A stretch of 64,000 bases of DNA from a virus (lineage: Duplodnaviria; Caudoviricetes): positions 171,560 through 235,559 of the IMG/VR virus record IMGVR_UViG_3300001528_000425. One strand, given 5' to 3'. Shown here piece after piece: positions 60,640 through 64,000 of this stretch (position 1 is its first letter; each line of letters starts with the position of its first letter). The notes under the pieces were generated by a model. That model worked only from the letters and a program-made list of their open reading frames with translations. It had not been told where the DNA came from and ran no database searches. The position numbers and the translations under genes were made by a program.

Positions 60640-62223
60640 TTACCAGCCGAAGTTGTTGCCGTTCCAGCTGTTCACGCCACCAGCCGTGGTGAAGCTGTTG
60701 AAGCCCTGGTAGTTGTTCGCGCCGCTGGTGAGCAGCGAGCTGATGTTGTAGCTCGCCTGCTGGTTGTTGAAGTCGTATTCGATACGAACCACATTGCGGA
60801 TCGCGTTGGCCACCGTGTTGACGAAGTCCGGCCGGAGGACCAGACGCATCGTGAGGTAGAGCGACTGCGTGGTGTTCGGATACCACTTCTGGACCTGAGC
60901 GATGCCGCTCGACATGTCGGTCGGCTGCTGCAGGAACCCACCGAGTTCCTCGACGTTCGGGATGTCCTTGGCCATCCGCAGATAATCGATGCACCGAGTG
61001 TCGATCGTCTGGGTGGAGCCGAGGGTGACCTGCCCATCGAACTGCGGATACCTGGCGATGGCCGGATCGACTGCCGCGAGCTGCTGGCCGGAGAAGGTGC
61101 TGAGCGCGTTGATGATGGTCGCCGGATCATTGATCAGACGGTCGATCATCGGGTTGCGGAAGCGACCTTCCTGGATATCGAGCGCCAGGAACGGCATGGT
61201 GGAGTTCAGGTAGTTGCGCATGAACTCATCACGCTGCTGCTGGTTGCGGGCGATCCACGGCTTCTTGGTTTCCGGGTCGAGGATCAGGCGGCCGATGTTG
61301 TATCCGTTCTCGCTGTAGTCGTTGAACTGGTTGAGCCAGCCGTACTGCATGATGAACGCATCCATCGCGATGGAGAGGCCGATGGCCAGGGTCGGAGCCG
61401 TGAGCAGATCGGCGACGATGTCAGTGATGACAGTCATCGGCGAATACTTCGTGGTGCCGAACTGGACGTTGCCGGGAGCGATGCTGGCGTTGGCGGTCAG
61501 GTAGAACTTGGTGTAACCGGTGACGGCGATCAGCGGGATCAGATCGTACTGCGCACGCTGGTCGAAGGTCGTGGTAACGCCGGCCTTGCGGACCTTGGCG
61601 TACACCAGGAACCCGACATCGTCACGGGCCGGCACGGCGTGCGGGCTGTGGACGTCGATGAACGAACGAACTTTCTGCATGTCGCTGGTGACAGCGTATT
61701 CGGTACCGCCGTACTGTTTCGCAGTCATGTTGACGAGACGGGGCTCGGTCAGAGAGCGGAACAGGTTGATGATGGCAGCGCCGGCGCGATCGACACGGGG
61801 ATACATTTCCTTGGTGACAACGATCACCTGGGTGATCTCCGCATCGGAGACGGCGAGTGCGAACTTCTGGCGGATTTCCTTCGCCATGCAGGCCGGGGGA
61901 CGAGCGTCGATGCTGTTGTAGCTTTCAGCGAACAACAGGGCGACGGCGACTTTGCCGGCATGGAAGACGTGGCATTCGTAGCTCGGGGACGCGATGCGTT
62001 CGACCTTCGCAGCCGGAACGGCTTTGACGAGACGTTCGAGGATGGTCTCACTGTAGAGCTTCCCCTCGTTGGAGAGATGGGTCGGGGTTTCGAGAGCCAG
62101 GTTCATCAGCTCAACCACGCCCAGCGGCTGAACCGGACCATCCGCCTGCGCAGTACCGATACCGGCGCCACGGTTCTGGTCATCGAGACCTTCGATCACA
62201 ACGTTTCCGTTACTTCCACTCAT
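60640..62223 (-). CDS. chmA: Putative chimallin (phage nuclear shell protein)
   Basis: Immediately upstream of gp55-like beta' and divergent from a gp52-like gene; very strong codon bias, tandem early promoters, G/N/aromatic C-terminal tail; assignment rests mainly on synteny. Confidence 0.7.
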   Translation of the reverse strand: MSGSNGNVVIEGLDDQNRGAGIGTAQADGPVQPLGVVELMNLALETPTHLSNEGKLYSETILERLVKAVPAAKVERIASPSYECHVFHAGKVAVALLFAESYNSIDARPPACMAKEIRQKFALAVSDAEITQVIVVTKEMYPRVDRAGAAIINLFRSLTEPRLVNMTAKQYGGTEYAVTSDMQKVRSFIDVHSPHAVPARDDVGFLVYAKVRKAGVTTTFDQRAQYDLIPLIAVTGYTKFYLTANASIAPGNVQFGTTKYSPMTVITDIVADLLTAPTLAIGLSIAMDAFIMQYGWLNQFNDYSENGYNIGRLILDPETKKPWIARNQQQRDEFMRNYLNSTMPFLALDIQEGRFRNPMIDRLINDPATIINALSTFSGQQLAAVDPAIARYPQFDGQVTLGSTQTIDTRCIDYLRMAKDIPNVEELGGFLQQPTDMSSGIAQVQKWYPNTTQSLYLTMRLVLRPDFVNTVANAIRNVVRIEYDFNNQQASYNISSLLTSGANNYQGFNSFTTAGGVNSWNGNNFGW

Positions 62224-62359
62224 GATGTTCCTCCTATAGGTTTGTGAGTGTTAAGGTTTTCTGTGACATGTCAACTTCGACTCCAATGATCTGTTGGAGC
62301 CTTTGATCCTTTTATGTTTAACTACATTGACAGACCTCCTTACATTGTAGTTCACTTAA

Positions 62360-62495
62360 GTAATATATGTCCATTCACGGTATGGAAATATCACCTAAGG
62401 AACCATGATATAACTGCGGTTAACCCGCATTAGTCTGGATATTTTCAGTATCCGTTTCATGGTTGTAATATATGCTCCATTTGAATATGGAAATA
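62360..62495 (-). promoter_or_regulatory. Tandem early promoters (TATATTAC) for chimallin
   Basis: GTAATATA on + at 62360 and 62465, each with a shared TATTTCCATA..AATGGA upstream element on the minus strand. Confidence 0.7.
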
Positions 62496-62603
62496 CATGT
62501 ACAACCTGAACTGAGGCTGTCTGTCTATATAGGGTGAGGCGCTCTTGGAGCGATCCTACAGTATATTACCACCCTGTATTTTTTAACAAGGAGTAAGCGA
62601 CTC

Positions 62604-63755
62604 ATGCTTTACGATATCACGAAGATGCTACCAAGAGGCAATGCCAAGACGATCGTCTCTTGGAAACAAGTCAATGACAACATTCATTCCAGGGTTAAGA
62701 ACTGGAAACAGAGATTCGATGGAACTTCTCCAACATTTTCACAAGGTGTGGAGTTATTGAAGTTCTTAGTATTGAATATCGATCTCGAATACATTTTAAC
62801 GATCAAGTCCGATATCGATCGTTATACCCTGGTGATAGCTTATCTTGCTGATGCAAGACGCGCTGCATACGACCCTGTGTACTCCGGGTCAGTAGCCCGT
62901 AAACTCTTCCTGGAAGATCAACGAGGTATCCCAGAGTTCATCCTGAATGTTACCATCAACGACCCTGCTAAGGATTATCCTTTCGATCTTCCTTACTCCG
63001 ATAGTAAGTGGCAACAACTAAGAGCGATGAGATTACTCCATCACGATGCCAATGAACTGGTATCTGGATTACTCAATTGGAAGATCTCTTTCGATGGTCC
63101 TCCTCCCTCCAGAGTATTGATCGAACTTGATGTCACCACCTTGATCTTCAAGTACGTGAAATACGTGGAACTCTGTCGTACTCAAGGAACAGAGCCATCT
63201 GTCTCTACCTTCATCCAAGAAGGGGAACTTCGTCATCTATTCGATGACTTCCACAAGATCTGGCAGATCAACTTGATCAACTTACTTCTGGCTTCTACCT
63301 CTGAACAAGAAGATGCTACCATCATCAAGTCATCCTTCGTCCCTCAGTTCTACTGTTCTATCTCTCAAGTACAAAGAGCTGCTCAAGATATCCTGATCCA
63401 GAGAGATCTCTTACAACAAGGATCGATCAAAGTACAGGATTTCCTGGCTACGCCTTGGTTGCGTACGGGATCTGTCATAGATGCCATCGATCATCTCGAT
63501 GACAGATCCCTCCCTACAACCAGACAGTATAAGTACCTCCAACTGATGAAGGAGTTACCTTACCTGAAGATGGTTGCTATTGCTTCCAGGTTGTTCGATA
63601 CTGCATCTGCTCAGAACAGACAAGTGATGAAGAAGATCGAGTTCTCCTTGAGGAATATCAAGAGAGAGAACTTAGCTTCTTCTATCCTTAACTCCAGAGC
63701 AAGACAAGTCTTCGAACGAGAACTCAACCAACTCTATCAAGTAGTTGGATTGTAA
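62604..63755 (+). CDS. Chimalliviridae core protein (phiKZ gp52-like)
   Basis: AAGGAG RBS; TATATTAC at 62562; divergent from chimallin. Confidence 0.55.
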   Translation: MLYDITKMLPRGNAKTIVSWKQVNDNIHSRVKNWKQRFDGTSPTFSQGVELLKFLVLNIDLEYILTIKSDIDRYTLVIAYLADARRAAYDPVYSGSVARKLFLEDQRGIPEFILNVTINDPAKDYPFDLPYSDSKWQQLRAMRLLHHDANELVSGLLNWKISFDGPPPSRVLIELDVTTLIFKYVKYVELCRTQGTEPSVSTFIQEGELRHLFDDFHKIWQINLINLLLASTSEQEDATIIKSSFVPQFYCSISQVQRAAQDILIQRDLLQQGSIKVQDFLATPWLRTGSVIDAIDHLDDRSLPTTRQYKYLQLMKELPYLKMVAIASRLFDTASAQNRQVMKKIEFSLRNIKRENLASSILNSRARQVFERELNQLYQVVGL

Positions 63756-64000
63756 CGTACAGTATCCCTAGAGTGGAGTAGAGAGCTTGATAGCTCTCTA
63801 CTCTATTTCTTCTTTTATTTTTATCATCCTAAGATGTTCTTCTTGTTTTATTCTTCATTTCTAGATGAGTTGATTTAACGTGATTTCTCTAAGCCTATAG
63901 CTTATCTTCTCTCTCGTTTTATCATCTCCTATTACCTCTTCATACCGTCCCCTAGCTTCGCTTCTCTCTTCTCTTCTTAACCTTCTCTATCTCTCTTCTT

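Noticed and set aside
60610-62247. 545-aa + strand ORF (likewise 34480-35577 and 33276-34253)
   Set aside because: Antisense shadow of strongly codon-biased minus-strand genes; no RBS or motifs
63805-64000. Pyrimidine-rich low-complexity tract as a gene or origin
   Set aside because: No convincing open frame found; truncated by the window edge, so it cannot be interpreted
1-64000. CRISPR array, DGR/retron or alternative genetic code
   Set aside because: No spaced repeats or reverse transcriptase seen; genes read intact in code 11 with all three stop codons used

Overview
Segment of a divergent phiKZ-like (Chimalliviridae, nucleus-forming) jumbo phage genome. Gene assignments come from motifs, synteny and recalled family features; no database search was run. 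The left part (1-23 kb) is mostly late/virion genes: inner-head proteins with S/A-x-E maturation sites, virion RNAP beta' with an atypical mini-intein, baseplate proteins and gp182/gp181-like tail proteins. The right part (23-64 kb, mostly minus strand) is the conserved early core: putative chimallin, non-virion RNAP subunits (gp55-, gp68-, gp71/73- and gp74-like), PicA/Imp1-like, ChmC-like, an SbcD-like nuclease and an SF2 helicase, interrupted by accessory and tail genes. The most unusual signal is at the RNA and protein-splicing level. (1) The nvRNAP beta' gene is split by three group I introns and has a 21-nt catalytic micro-exon. (2) The intron splitting DFDG/D carries a complete tRNA-Pro(UGG) on its P8 helix. 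(3) Three of the four introns, and the intein, do not restore conserved RNAP motifs under canonical splicing rules. (4) A 143-nt tRNA-like RNA with a giant variable region follows chimallin. (5) A ~270-nt unassigned structured RNA lies further downstream.
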